From Frankiales bacterium (GTDB taxonomy: Bacteria; Actinomycetota; Actinomycetes; Mycobacteriales; SCTD01), in NCBI GenBank assembly GCA_025352005.1, contig JANXUE010000312.1:1-48223 (forward strand): a stretch of 48,223 nucleotides of DNA, read 5' to 3'. Shown in pieces: positions 1-8,908 of this stretch. The position numbers and the translations under genes were made by a program. How positions within the stretch are numbered: the first letter of the stretch is position 1; the number at the start of each line of letters is the position of its first letter. The notes under the pieces are model-generated. The model ran no database searches and was not told the DNA's origin. It saw nothing but the letters and a program-made list of their open reading frames with translations.

Positions 1-54
1 CGGCCGCCGCCGCCGCCTGACCGCAGCGCACCAGCTCCTCGACGGCAATAGGTT

Positions 55-1824
55 GTGGCCATGCCTCAGCTCCGCATCGGGCTCGCCCAGGTCGACACCA
101 CCGTCGGCGACCTGGCGGGCAACGCCGACGTCGTCAGCTCCTACGTCCAGCACGCCAAGGACGCGGGCTGCCACGTCGCGGTGTTCCCCGAGATGACGCT
201 GACCGGCTACATGCCGGAGGACCTGGTGCTGCGGCGCTCGTTCGTCCAGGCGTCGCTCGACTCCCTCGAAGCCCTCGCTCGACGGCTCGCCGAGGAGGGC
301 GCCGGCGAGATCGCCGTCGTCGTGGGCTACTGCGGCCGGTCGGAGCGTCCGGCACCGGCCGTCGGGCGCCCAGCCGGTGAACCCCAGAACGCCGCCGCCG
401 TGCTGTGGCAGGGCGAGGTCGTGGCGCGCTACGCCAAGCACCACCTGCCCAACTACGGCGTCTTCGACGAGTTCCGCTACTTCGTCCGGGGGGACCGCTT
501 CCCGGTCGTCCGGCTGCACGGGGTGGACGTGGGCCTGATCATCTGCGAGGACCTGTGGCAGGACGGTGGACCGGTCACGGTGGCCCGCGAGGCCGGCGTG
601 GGCCTGCTGCTGTGCCTCAACGCAAGCCCCTACGAGCGCTTCAAGGACGACCTTCGCGGCAGCCTCGTGCAGCGCCGTTCGCAGGAGGCGGAGGCGGCCA
701 TCGCCTACGTCAACCTGGTCGGCGGGCAGGACGAGCTCGTCTACGACGGCGCCTCGCTCGTCGTCACCGGCGACGGCACGCTGGTGGCCCGAGCTCCGGT
801 CTGGCAGCAGGGGCTCATGGCGGTCGACCTCGACCTGCCCGCCGCCGGCTCGGAGCTCACCGGCGACGTGGACGCCAAAGACGGCACCACCATGCACGTC
901 ACCCGCAGAACGCTGACGGAGCAGGCGGTCTCGGCGTACCAGCCGCTGGTGGCGGGGGTCGCGGAGCGGCTCTCGGACGAGGCCGAGGTGTGGGGCGGCC
1001 TAGTCACGGCGACCCGCGACTACGTCCAGAAGAACGGCTTCCGCTCGGTCTGCCTCGGGTTGTCCGGCGGCATCGACTCGGCGGTTGTCGCGACCATCGC
1101 CGCGGACGCGCTCGGGCCGCAACGGGTGCACGTGATCGGGATGCCCAGCAGCTGGAGCAGCAGCGGTTCGGTGACCGACGCGAAGGCACTTGCCGAGCTG
1201 CAGGGCCTGCACTGGCAGCAGATCCCGATCGCCCCCATGGTCGACGCCTACACCGGTTCCACCCGGCTCACCGGGTTGGCCCTGGAGAACCTGCAGGCCC
1301 GGGTCCGCGGGACGCTGCTCATGGCGCTGTCCAACCAGCACGGCCACCTCGTGCTGACCACCGGCAACAAGAGCGAGCTCGCGACCGGCTTCTCCACCCT
1401 GTACGGCGACTCGGCCGGCGGTTTCGCCCCCATCAAGGACGTCCCGAAGTCGCTGGTGTGGAAACTCGCCCGCTGGCGCAACACCCAGTCGCTGGCGATC
1501 CCCTGGGCCAGCATCGAGAAACCCCCCAGCGCCGAGCTCGCGCCGGGCCAGCTCGACAGCGACCGCCTTCCGCCGTACGACGTGCTCGACGCCCTGCTCG
1601 AGGCCTACATCGGGCAGGACCTCGGGCGGACCGAGCTGATCGCGAAGGGGTTCGACGAGGCTGTCGTCGACCGGATCGTCCGCCTGGTCGACCTCGCGGA
1701 GTACAAGCGTCGGCAGAACCCCCCGGGGCCCAAGGTCACGTCCCGGGCGTTCGGTCGTGACCGGCGGCTGCCGATCACCTCCAAGTGGCGCGAAGGCCCG
1801 ACGGGTGACCCCGGGGCGCGGTGA
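55..1824 (+). CDS. nadE: Glutamine-dependent NAD+ synthetase
   Basis: 589-aa ORF. N-terminal CN-hydrolase/glutaminase domain (GLIICEDLWQ context) fused to an NAD-synthetase ATP-pyrophosphatase domain with the SGGxDS P-loop (GLSGGIDSAVV). Confidence 0.92.
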   Translation: MAMPQLRIGLAQVDTTVGDLAGNADVVSSYVQHAKDAGCHVAVFPEMTLTGYMPEDLVLRRSFVQASLDSLEALARRLAEEGAGEIAVVVGYCGRSERPAPAVGRPAGEPQNAAAVLWQGEVVARYAKHHLPNYGVFDEFRYFVRGDRFPVVRLHGVDVGLIICEDLWQDGGPVTVAREAGVGLLLCLNASPYERFKDDLRGSLVQRRSQEAEAAIAYVNLVGGQDELVYDGASLVVTGDGTLVARAPVWQQGLMAVDLDLPAAGSELTGDVDAKDGTTMHVTRRTLTEQAVSAYQPLVAGVAERLSDEAEVWGGLVTATRDYVQKNGFRSVCLGLSGGIDSAVVATIAADALGPQRVHVIGMPSSWSSSGSVTDAKALAELQGLHWQQIPIAPMVDAYTGSTRLTGLALENLQARVRGTLLMALSNQHGHLVLTTGNKSELATGFSTLYGDSAGGFAPIKDVPKSLVWKLARWRNTQSLAIPWASIEKPPSAELAPGQLDSDRLPPYDVLDALLEAYIGQDLGRTELIAKGFDEAVVDRIVRLVDLAEYKRRQNPPGPKVTSRAFGRDRRLPITSKWREGPTGDPGAR

Positions 1825-1911
1825 CGCGGGACACAGCGCGTGGACGCAACGCAGGTGGCACGCTTGGGGGGTCCCGGGACACCTGCCTGGAGACGCCCCT
1901 CGGAGGAACCC

Positions 1912-2744
1912 GTGAGCGACACCCTCAACAGCCTGTACGGCGGCATCACCTCTCGCCGCGTCACGACCCGCGACCTGCAGGACGCCAAGGACCGTGGCGA
2001 GAAGTGGGCGATGCTCACCAGCTACGACATGCTCACCGCGCAGCTTTTCGACGAGGTCGGCATCCCCGTCCTGCTGGTCGGCGACAGCGCCGGCAACAAC
2101 GTCCTGGGCTACGAGAACACCGTGCCGGTCACCATCGAGGACCTGCTGCCGCTCGTGCGTGCGGTCGCGCGCAGCACCGCCCGGCCCCTGGTCGTGGCCG
2201 ATCTGCCCTTCGGCTCCTACCAGGAGTCGCCGGCCCAGGCCCTGCACACCGGCGTGCGGTTCCTGCAGGTCGGTGCACAGGCCGTCAAGCTCGAGGCGGC
2301 CGGCGGGTGCTGCCCCAGGTCGAGCTCCTCGTCGAGTCCGGCGTACCCGTCATGGGGCACCTGGGCCTGACCCCGCAGAGCGTCAACACCCTGGGCGGCT
2401 ACCGCGTGCAGGGCCGCGGGGAGGCCGGCGACCAGCTGCTCGCCGACGCCCTCGCGCTGCAGGACGCGGGGGCCTTCGCGATCGTGCTCGAGGTCGTCCC
2501 TGCCGACCTCGCGGAGCGGGTCAGCAAGGAGCTCGCCATCCCGACGGTCGGCATCGGCGCTGGTGCTGGCACCGACGCGCAGGTCCTGGTCTGGACCGAC
2601 ATGGCCGGACTCACCCCCGGCCCCGGCCCGAAGTTCCTCAAGAAGTACGCCGATCTGCGGACCGTGCTGGGCGAGGCCGCAAAGGCCTACGCCGACGAGG
2701 TCCGCGGCGGGAGCTATCCCACGGCCGAGCACGGCTACAGCTGA
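1912..2744 (+). pseudogene. panB: 3-methyl-2-oxobutanoate hydroxymethyltransferase (ketopantoate hydroxymethyltransferase), split by a 1-nt frameshift near nt 2295
   Basis: The N-terminal part is in the frame of ORF 1840..2370 (MLTSYD, LVGDSAGNNVLGY, ADLPFGSY, AVKLE). The C-terminal part is in the frame of ORF 1821..2744 (GGRRVLPQVELLVESGVPVMGHLGLTPQSVN, IGIGAG, KFLKKY). The two frames meet at nt 2295. Likely start is GTG 1912, behind GGAGGAA at 1902-1908. Confidence 0.85.
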
Positions 2745-2840
2745 GCCCTGTCGGCATCGGAGCTGAGCCCTGGCCTGAGCGGGTACGCGGGCCCACCCCA
2801 CCGCGTTGCTCGTCATGGCCTTTGACCCCCCGCCTCGCCC

Positions 2841-3823
2841 GTGCTCACCGTGCTCACCGGAGTGCCCACGCCGGCCGGGGGCACTGCCACGGTCGTCTCT
2901 TCGAACCCGGTGGCGACGCTGCATGACGAGTCGCTGACGGACCCGAAGGACGCCGACTACCCGGCCCTCGCCGCGGCTTACCGGACGGTGACGCTTACGC
3001 GGCTTGACGGCAGCGGGTACCTGCACGGCGGCTACGCCTATGTCGACAGCAGCACCGGGCCGCTCGCGCAGGGGACGTTCACCTACCACCGCAACGACGA
3101 CCGGTTCGAGCAGGTCATGGCCCGCTACTGGGCGACGCGAGCCCAGCTCCACCTGCAAGCGCTCGGTTCCACCTACGTCGACAACGAGCCGCTACGCATC
3201 AAGATCAACCAGTAAAGGTCGGAACAACAGCGATAACAGCGACAACAGCGGGGCCACTAAGGACGACCTGCTGACGTTCGGAAAGGTGGCGTCGACGACG
3301 CGGAGGACGCCGAGGTGATCTTGCGCGCGTACGGCCACGCCATCCAGGACAGCTAGGTCCCCGGCTTCGGCAGCACACGGGATCCGCGCACGATCGGCGA
3401 GGGCTTCGGGGACTACTGGGCGCCGGCCGTCTCGGCCCGCTTCGCACCGACCCCCGACGAGTCCCGCATCGCCGACTGGGACAGCATCTTCTACACCGCC
3501 GGCCCGGTGCTGCCTGCGCCGGACCGATGGCACCAAGATCTACCCGGGCTCTCTGGTCGGTGAGGTGCACGCCGAAGGCGAGATCTGGAGCAGCGCCCTC
3601 CATGACGGTCCGGACGGCGCTCGGCGCCACCCGCGCCAACACTGCGATCATGAACGCCCAGTACACCTTTACTGCCGTCACCACGATGCTCGCTGCCGCC
3701 GCCACGGTCATCGCCGCCGTCCGCAAGCTGCACACCGCCTGCGCCGCCTCCGCGGCCACCGCCGCCTTCCGGGCCCGCAGCTTGGACGAAGGCCCCCCGC
3801 AAACACCCGGGGCCCTTGTCTGA
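2841..3823 (+). pseudogene. Decayed secreted zinc metalloprotease (HExxH family) remnant, multiple frameshifts and in-frame stops
   Basis: Protease-like segments occur in three frames. Frame 0: YHRNDDRFEQVMARYW, then GGVDDAEDAEVILRAYGHAIQDS-TAG-VPGFGS..IGEGFGDYWA. Frame 1: LRRTDGTKIYPGSLVGEVHAEGEIWSSALHD. Frame 2: VRTALGATRANTAIMNAQY. There are stops at 3213 and 3354. The expected HEYGH is RAYGH. Confidence 0.7.
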
Positions 3824-3848
3824 AGGCTCACGTAGTCTCGCACCCGCC

Positions 3849-6800
3849 ATGACTGCTCTCCGCACCGACGCCGCCCCGACGAACCTGGTCGGCCCACGGA
3901 CCCGGCCACCCGCACGACAGGTCGGCTGGCAGCGGGTGCGCGGCCGAGGCACGTGGCTTGGCCTGGCCTTGGCTGCTGTGGCGGCCCTCGGTGAGACCTT
4001 TGGCACCGTCCTGGCCGGGCAGACCGCCGTCGGGCCGACGGCGACGCTCGTCTCCCTGCTCGCGCTGTGCCTGGTCGGCGGGTCCCTGCTGGACGTGATA
4101 GCTCGCGTTGCGTGGTCCCGAGTCGTCGACCTCGCCGAAGGCAAGCTACGCAGCGACCTGCTGGCTGCCGCTCTCTACCAGCCCCTCGAGTCGCTCTCCG
4201 AGACCGCTGTCGGGGAGGTCCTGGACCGCGTCGACGACGACACCCACGAGCTGGGGGCACTGCTGCGCCAGATGGGCTGGGACCTGGCCCGCACTCTCCT
4301 GCGCACCGTCCCCATGTATGTCGTCGCCGGGCTGACGTGGTGGCCGGCGTGGCTGCTGTTCCCCGCCGTAGGTGGGGCGTTGACCCTCGCTGTCCGAAGG
4401 CTGGCGCCGGAGATCTCCCGCCTCAAGGTCGCCGAGGAGATCGCGTGGACCGACCACGCCGCGATGATGGAAGAGGGTGTCGCTGCCCGCGACGACCTGC
4501 GGGCCAGCCTCGGGCAGGACTACCTCGTGCGACGCTGCGCAGAGCTGTCCCGGGTCGTCCAGGCACGGCTGGCGGCCACCTCTCGGGTGGGCAGCCAGAT
4601 CGGCCGACGTACCGGCCTGCTGCTGCACGGGCTGCTCGCCGCTGTCGCCGGCGCCGGCGTCGTGCTCGTCTCTCGGCACCAGCTGTCGACGGCCTCCCTC
4701 ATCACGCTATTCCTGGTGACGAGCGCCTTCGTCGGCCAGATCGACCAGGTCGCCCGACACCTGCCGGACTTCCAACAGGGGCTGGGGGCGCTGACCCGCC
4801 TCCGGCAGCTGCTTGACGTCGAGCCCGAGCCCGTCGGCGGGCTCCCGGTCCCGTCCGGTCAGGTTGGCATCTCCGTCCAGGACCTCCACTTCGCCTACGC
4901 AGAAGGCACTTTTGCTCTGCGGGACATCAACCTGGAGCTTCCTGAGGGGCGTACCGTCGCGCTCGTCGGCCGCACCGGCAGCGGCAAGTCGACCTTGGCT
5001 GCCCTGCTCTCTCGTGCGACGGAGCCACCTCGCGGAACCGTCCACCTCGGTGGGATCGACGTGCTCGACCTCGACTTGCAGCAGTTGCGCTCGGCCGTGG
5101 GCGTCGTGACGCAGCGCACGGAGATCCTGGCCGCGTCGCTGGCCGACAACATCACCCTGTTCACCGACGTGCCCCGCTCTGCCGTCCTCGAGGCCGTGGA
5201 CTCGCTCGGCCTGAACGACTGGGTGCAGGGCCTGCCGGACGGGCTCGACACCCTGCTGGGTCCAGGAGGGTCGACCCTGTCGGCAGGCGAGGAGCAGCTG
5301 GTGGCCTTCGCCCGGCTGCTCGTCCGCGACGTCCAGGTCGTCGTGCTCGACGAGGCGACAGCCCGGATGGACCCGGTCACCGAGGCGCGGGTCGTCCGGG
5401 CCGCGGACCGGTTGCTGTCCCACCGCACCGGCATCGTTGTCGCCCACCGTCTGTCGACGACGGCACGAGCCGACCAGGTCGTCGTCCTCGACGCCGGCCG
5501 GGTCGTCCAGCAAGGCTCCCGGGCCGACCTCGCTGCCCGACCGGGTCGCTTCAAGGACCTGCTGCTCGCTGCGGGCGAGGTCGACCGCGCCGCCGCCGAG
5601 GACGCGTCGCTGGGCAGTGCACGGCGGGCAGGTGAGCCGCCACCCCAACCCGAGGTCGGAGACGGACCAAGTCTTGCCCGAGGCACCAAGCACCTGCTGT
5701 CGATTCATCGACGATGGGGCGCCCTCGGTGCCGTGCTGTTTCTCGTCCAGGCGGTGCTCGGCGCCTTCGGTGCGCTCACCGGACTGGTGTGGGGCCAGCT
5801 CGTCGAGGGCCTCCGGCGTGGACAGACGCCGTGGATCTCCCTGGCGCTGCTCGTTGCCAGCCTGCTGGCCGGACCCCTCATCTTGTCGCGGGCCATCAGG
5901 ATCTACCCGCAGTGGTGGGTCGCGGTCATGCTCCGGGTGCGCCTGTCGGTCCTGCTCGGCCAGACCGCACAGCACCGCCTCCCCCGTACCCCGCCCGGCG
6001 AGGTCGTCGCGCGCGCAATGGACAGCGACCGTTACGCCAAGTACGGCGACCGCTGGGTGGACTTCATCAACGGCTTCGCGATTGTGGCGATTACCGCCGC
6101 TGCCGCCCGCAGCCTGCTCGCCGGGTCGGTGCTGCTCGCGGTGATGGTGCTCTCGGCCGCCGCCTGCTCGCTCGGCTCTCCCCTGGCCGGCCGATCTGCC
6201 GCTGCCTCCTCGACGGCTCGTGCCCATTTCGGACGGTCCCTCGTCTCAGCCCTCGAGTCGGCTCGCACCGTCAAGCTGGCCGCCGCCACCCCGGCTGTCC
6301 ACCGCCACCTCGAGGACGTCGACAGCGGCCGGGTCGAGGCCGCCGTCGTGGAGCACCGCGTCCAGGCCGTCCTCGATGGCGTGCCCATCGTGCTGGTCAA
6401 GTGCGGCGTGGTGGTCGGCTGGCTGGTCTACCTCCGCGGCGGCTGGGGGCTGGCCACCGCGCTGCTCGTCACGACGGCCGTCAACGGCTTCGACTGGTTC
6501 GGCCGGGTCGCGGGCGCGGTCATCACCGAGGCACCAGGGGTCCGGGCCTGGCAGGTCGCCACGAGCCGGCTCGCCGGTGGAGCGGACCTGATGGACCTGC
6601 CGGTCGGTGTCGACCTCGTCCAGGGGCTCACGCCGGAGCCTGCTGCACCCGCTCGGGAGGGTTTGACACTGCTGGAGCTGCGGGGACTCAGGGCCGTCCA
6701 CGACGACGGGACGACGGGCGTGGACCACGTCGACCTGACGGTCCGGGCCGGGCAGCTGGTGCTGCTGCTCGGCCAGGTTGGCTCCGGCAAGTCCAGCCTG

Positions 6801-7343
6801 CTGTCCGCGCTCGCGGGGCTGGTCGACCACACGGGGAGCCTGCGGTGGAACGGCGTTGAGGTCGCGGACCCGCAGACGTTCCTGCGGCCGGGCCGGGTCG
6901 CGCACGTCGCGCAGGTTCCGTGGGTGCTGTCAGGGACGTTCCGTGACAACGTCGCACTAGACCGCCCCCGGGACGTCGCGCGAGCCCTCGACGACGCGCG
7001 GCTGACCCCCGAGGTCGCCGACGCGGGCGGCCTCGATGCGGTCGTCGGTCATCGCGGCGTGCGCCTTTCGGGCGGTCAGGTGCAGCGCCTGGCGCTGGCC
7101 CGGGCCCTCGCTGCCGAGCCCGAGCTGCTGCTGGCCGACGACGTGTCCAGCGCTCTGGACGCCCACACCGAGGTCGAGTTGTGGCAGTCGCTGCGTCGAC
7201 GTGGCACGACCGTCGTCGGAGCAACGTCCAAGACCGCGGCGCTCCTCCAGGCCGATGTGGTGGTCGTGCTGGTCGACGGTGCGGTGGCCGCCAAGGGCCC
7301 GTGGTCCGAGCTGGCTCCCACCTGGAGCCACCTCGCCGGCTGA
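3849..7343 (+). CDS. Fused ABC transporter, TMD-NBD-TMD-NBD (exporter fold), ATP-binding/permease
   Basis: Single long ORF (the track starts it at TTG 3816; ATG 3849 is more likely). NBD1 has Walker A GRTGSGKST (4968-4994), signature LSAGEEQ (5277-5297) and Walker B VVVLDEAT. NBD2 has Walker A GQVGSGKSS (6771-6797), signature LSGGQVQ (7065-7085) and Walker B LLLADD (7125-7142). Each NBD is preceded by hydrophobic multi-helix segments. Confidence 0.9.
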   Translation: MTALRTDAAPTNLVGPRTRPPARQVGWQRVRGRGTWLGLALAAVAALGETFGTVLAGQTAVGPTATLVSLLALCLVGGSLLDVIARVAWSRVVDLAEGKLRSDLLAAALYQPLESLSETAVGEVLDRVDDDTHELGALLRQMGWDLARTLLRTVPMYVVAGLTWWPAWLLFPAVGGALTLAVRRLAPEISRLKVAEEIAWTDHAAMMEEGVAARDDLRASLGQDYLVRRCAELSRVVQARLAATSRVGSQIGRRTGLLLHGLLAAVAGAGVVLVSRHQLSTASLITLFLVTSAFVGQIDQVARHLPDFQQGLGALTRLRQLLDVEPEPVGGLPVPSGQVGISVQDLHFAYAEGTFALRDINLELPEGRTVALVGRTGSGKSTLAALLSRATEPPRGTVHLGGIDVLDLDLQQLRSAVGVVTQRTEILAASLADNITLFTDVPRSAVLEAVDSLGLNDWVQGLPDGLDTLLGPGGSTLSAGEEQLVAFARLLVRDVQVVVLDEATARMDPVTEARVVRAADRLLSHRTGIVVAHRLSTTARADQVVVLDAGRVVQQGSRADLAARPGRFKDLLLAAGEVDRAAAEDASLGSARRAGEPPPQPEVGDGPSLARGTKHLLSIHRRWGALGAVLFLVQAVLGAFGALTGLVWGQLVEGLRRGQTPWISLALLVASLLAGPLILSRAIRIYPQWWVAVMLRVRLSVLLGQTAQHRLPRTPPGEVVARAMDSDRYAKYGDRWVDFINGFAIVAITAAAARSLLAGSVLLAVMVLSAAACSLGSPLAGRSAAASSTARAHFGRSLVSALESARTVKLAAATPAVHRHLEDVDSGRVEAAVVEHRVQAVLDGVPIVLVKCGVVVGWLVYLRGGWGLATALLVTTAVNGFDWFGRVAGAVITEAPGVRAWQVATSRLAGGADLMDLPVGVDLVQGLTPEPAAPAREGLTLLELRGLRAVHDDGTTGVDHVDLTVRAGQLVLLLGQVGSGKSSLLSALAGLVDHTGSLRWNGVEVADPQTFLRPGRVAHVAQVPWVLSGTFRDNVALDRPRDVARALDDARLTPEVADAGGLDAVVGHRGVRLSGGQVQRLALARALAAEPELLLADDVSSALDAHTEVELWQSLRRRGTTVVGATSKTAALLQADVVVVLVDGAVAAKGPWSELAPTWSHLAG

Positions 7344-7367
7344 CTCTGGGCCCCTCCTGGGTGACTT

Positions 7368-7400
7368 CTGCACCGGGCTCGCCTGGCGTGTCCGGTGCAG
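7368..7400. terminator. Hairpin between convergent genes (9-bp stem ctgcaccgg/ccggtgcag, 15-nt loop)
   Basis: Perfect inverted repeat 7368-7376 / 7392-7400, lying 25 nt after the ABC stop codon. No U-tract, which is usual in high-GC actinobacteria. Confidence 0.4.
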
Positions 7401-7402
7401 AC

Positions 7403-7435
7403 CACGCGGTAGGCACGCGGTAGGCACGCGGTAGG
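7403..7435. repeat. Tandem direct repeat, 3 x 11 nt (cacgcggtagg)
   Basis: Three perfect head-to-tail copies at 7403-7413, 7414-7424 and 7425-7435, in the 99-nt convergent intergenic spacer. Confidence 0.95.
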
Positions 7436-7442
7436 CGCCGGG

Positions 7443-8186
7443 TCAGGCGGTAGAGAGCTGGGCAAGCAGCACGTCGCGGGCCTCGGCGAGGGAGGGGCCG
7501 TACCACGTCAGGTACCGGCCACTGACGCCGGCGCTGGGTGCGGCGAAGCACTCCGGTCCGTCGGTGGGGCTGAAGGCGTAGGGCTCGTCGGGCAGGACCA
7601 CCAGGTCGTGCGCCGGCAGCGTCTTCAGGTCGACCTTGGGGTAACGCTCGGGGTCCTCGGCCAGGACGTTGTCGATCCCCAGCCGGGACAGCACGTCCCC
7701 GGTGAAGGTGCCCGAGCCGACCGCCATCCAGGGCCGCCGCCAGATCGGGACGAGGGCTCGCCGTCGAGCGCCCACCCAGGGCTCGGCCCAGGCGTCGGAG
7801 GCCGTCACGAGCCACGAGGGGCGCCCCAGCCGGCAGGCGGTGAGCATCCGGTCCAGGCTGACCAGCGCGTCGGGCACGGTCTGCGGGAAGGTCACCCAGA
7901 CCGCCAGCCCGGCAGCCCGGAGGGCGTCGAGGTCCTCGAGGCGGTTCTCCTCCGCGTTGGCCAGCACCAGGTCCGGTCGCAGCGCCACCACCCGCTCCAC
8001 CGACGGGTTCTTGGTGCCCCTGACCCGCTCCACGTCCAGGCCGCCCGGGTGGCTGCACCAGTCCGTGGCCCCGACGAGCAGTCCCGGAGCGGTGACCGCT
8101 ACGGACTCCGTCAGCGAGGGCACCAGGGACACGACCCGCCGGACGTCCGGGGGGACGGCGACGAGCAACCCGAGGTCGTCGTACAC
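7443..8186 (-). CDS. Periplasmic-binding-protein type 2 fold (BtuF/TroA-like, helical backbone metal receptor) without signal peptide
   Basis: 247 aa. RVVSLVPSLTES, RPDLVLANAEEN and a C-terminal YP..DL...PDLVVLPDEPY pattern are typical of cobalamin/siderophore binding proteins. The N-terminus MYDDLGLLVAV has no signal or lipobox sequence. Confidence 0.75.
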   Translation of the reverse strand: MYDDLGLLVAVPPDVRRVVSLVPSLTESVAVTAPGLLVGATDWCSHPGGLDVERVRGTKNPSVERVVALRPDLVLANAEENRLEDLDALRAAGLAVWVTFPQTVPDALVSLDRMLTACRLGRPSWLVTASDAWAEPWVGARRRALVPIWRRPWMAVGSGTFTGDVLSRLGIDNVLAEDPERYPKVDLKTLPAHDLVVLPDEPYAFSPTDGPECFAAPSAGVSGRYLTWYGPSLAEARDVLLAQLSTA

Positions 8187-8193
8187 CGGGGTG

Positions 8194-8847
8194 CTAGACG
8201 TCGGTGACGCGCAGGCCGGCGTGCGCCTTGTAGCGACGGTTGACGCTGATCAGGTTGGCGGTGAGCGCCTCGACCTGGTGGGCGTTGCGCAGCCGGCCGG
8301 CGAAGATGCCTCGCATCCCGGGGATGCGGGCGACCAAGGCCTGGACCAGGTCGGTGGCCTCGCGGTCGTCACCGAGTATCAAGATGTCGGTGTCGAGGGA
8401 GTCAACGGCTTCGTCGAGCAGCAGGACGGCGCTGACGTGGTGGAAGGCACCGACGACCCGACTGTCGGGGAGCAGAGCCGCCGCCTGCTCGGCCGCGCTG
8501 CCCTCCTCGACGGTCAGGGCGAAGGCCCCCTGCTTGTCGAAGCCGAGCGGGTTGACGCAGTTGATGACGACCTTGCCGGCGAGCGCAGGCGCGAGGGCCT
8601 GCAGCAGCTCCTTGTGGCCGTCCCAGGGCACTGCGACGATCACCACGTCGCCCTGCGCGGCCGCATCGTCGTTGGCCGCTCCCGACACCGCACCCGGCAG
8701 GCCGACAGCCGCTTCGACGGCCCGGTCGGCGGAGCGGGACCCCAGGACCACGCGGTGGCCGGCGAGAGCAAACCGCCGGGCCAGGCCCCGACCCTGCTCT
8801 CCGGTGCCACCCAGGACAGCCAGGACGAGCTGGTCAACATCAGTCAT
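8194..8847 (-). CDS. npdG: NADPH-dependent F420 reductase
   Basis: 217 aa. Rossmann motif LGGTGEQGRGLARRFALAGHRVVLGSRS and overall length/pattern match the NpdG family. Its stop lies 7 nt upstream of the next gene. Confidence 0.8.
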   Translation of the reverse strand: MTDVDQLVLAVLGGTGEQGRGLARRFALAGHRVVLGSRSADRAVEAAVGLPGAVSGAANDDAAAQGDVVIVAVPWDGHKELLQALAPALAGKVVINCVNPLGFDKQGAFALTVEEGSAAEQAAALLPDSRVVGAFHHVSAVLLLDEAVDSLDTDILILGDDREATDLVQALVARIPGMRGIFAGRLRNAHQVEALTANLISVNRRYKAHAGLRVTDV

Positions 8848-8908
8848 GGCCAGGAGTCTGTCAGCCCCGTCGGAGAGCCGACACGCGAGAGGGGCTCGCT
8901 GCCATGCC

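Noticed and set aside
1000-2247. Many long ORFs antisense to or overlapping recognised genes (for example 1000..2247 -, 4707..6227 -, 6688..8058 -, 16056..17771 -, 25474..26847 -, 30298..31896 +, 39878..41422 -, 42394..43590 -).
   Set aside because: Their translations are Arg/Pro/Gly/Ala-rich low-complexity strings with no motifs. Each is fully covered by a conserved gene in another frame. This is the expected shadow-ORF artefact of very GC-rich DNA.
2739-2772. A 12-nt direct repeat agctgagccctg (2739-2750 and 2761-2772) spanning the panB stop, and a 9-nt tandem gtgctcacc x2 at 2841-2858.
   Set aside because: These are short, isolated and lie beside a decaying pseudogene. They are most simply slippage or duplication scars.
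3816-3848. The track start TTG 3816 for the ABC gene, overlapping the end of the protease relic.
   Set aside because: ATG 3849 gives a plausible N-terminus. The extra 11 residues have no support. This affects only the start coordinate.
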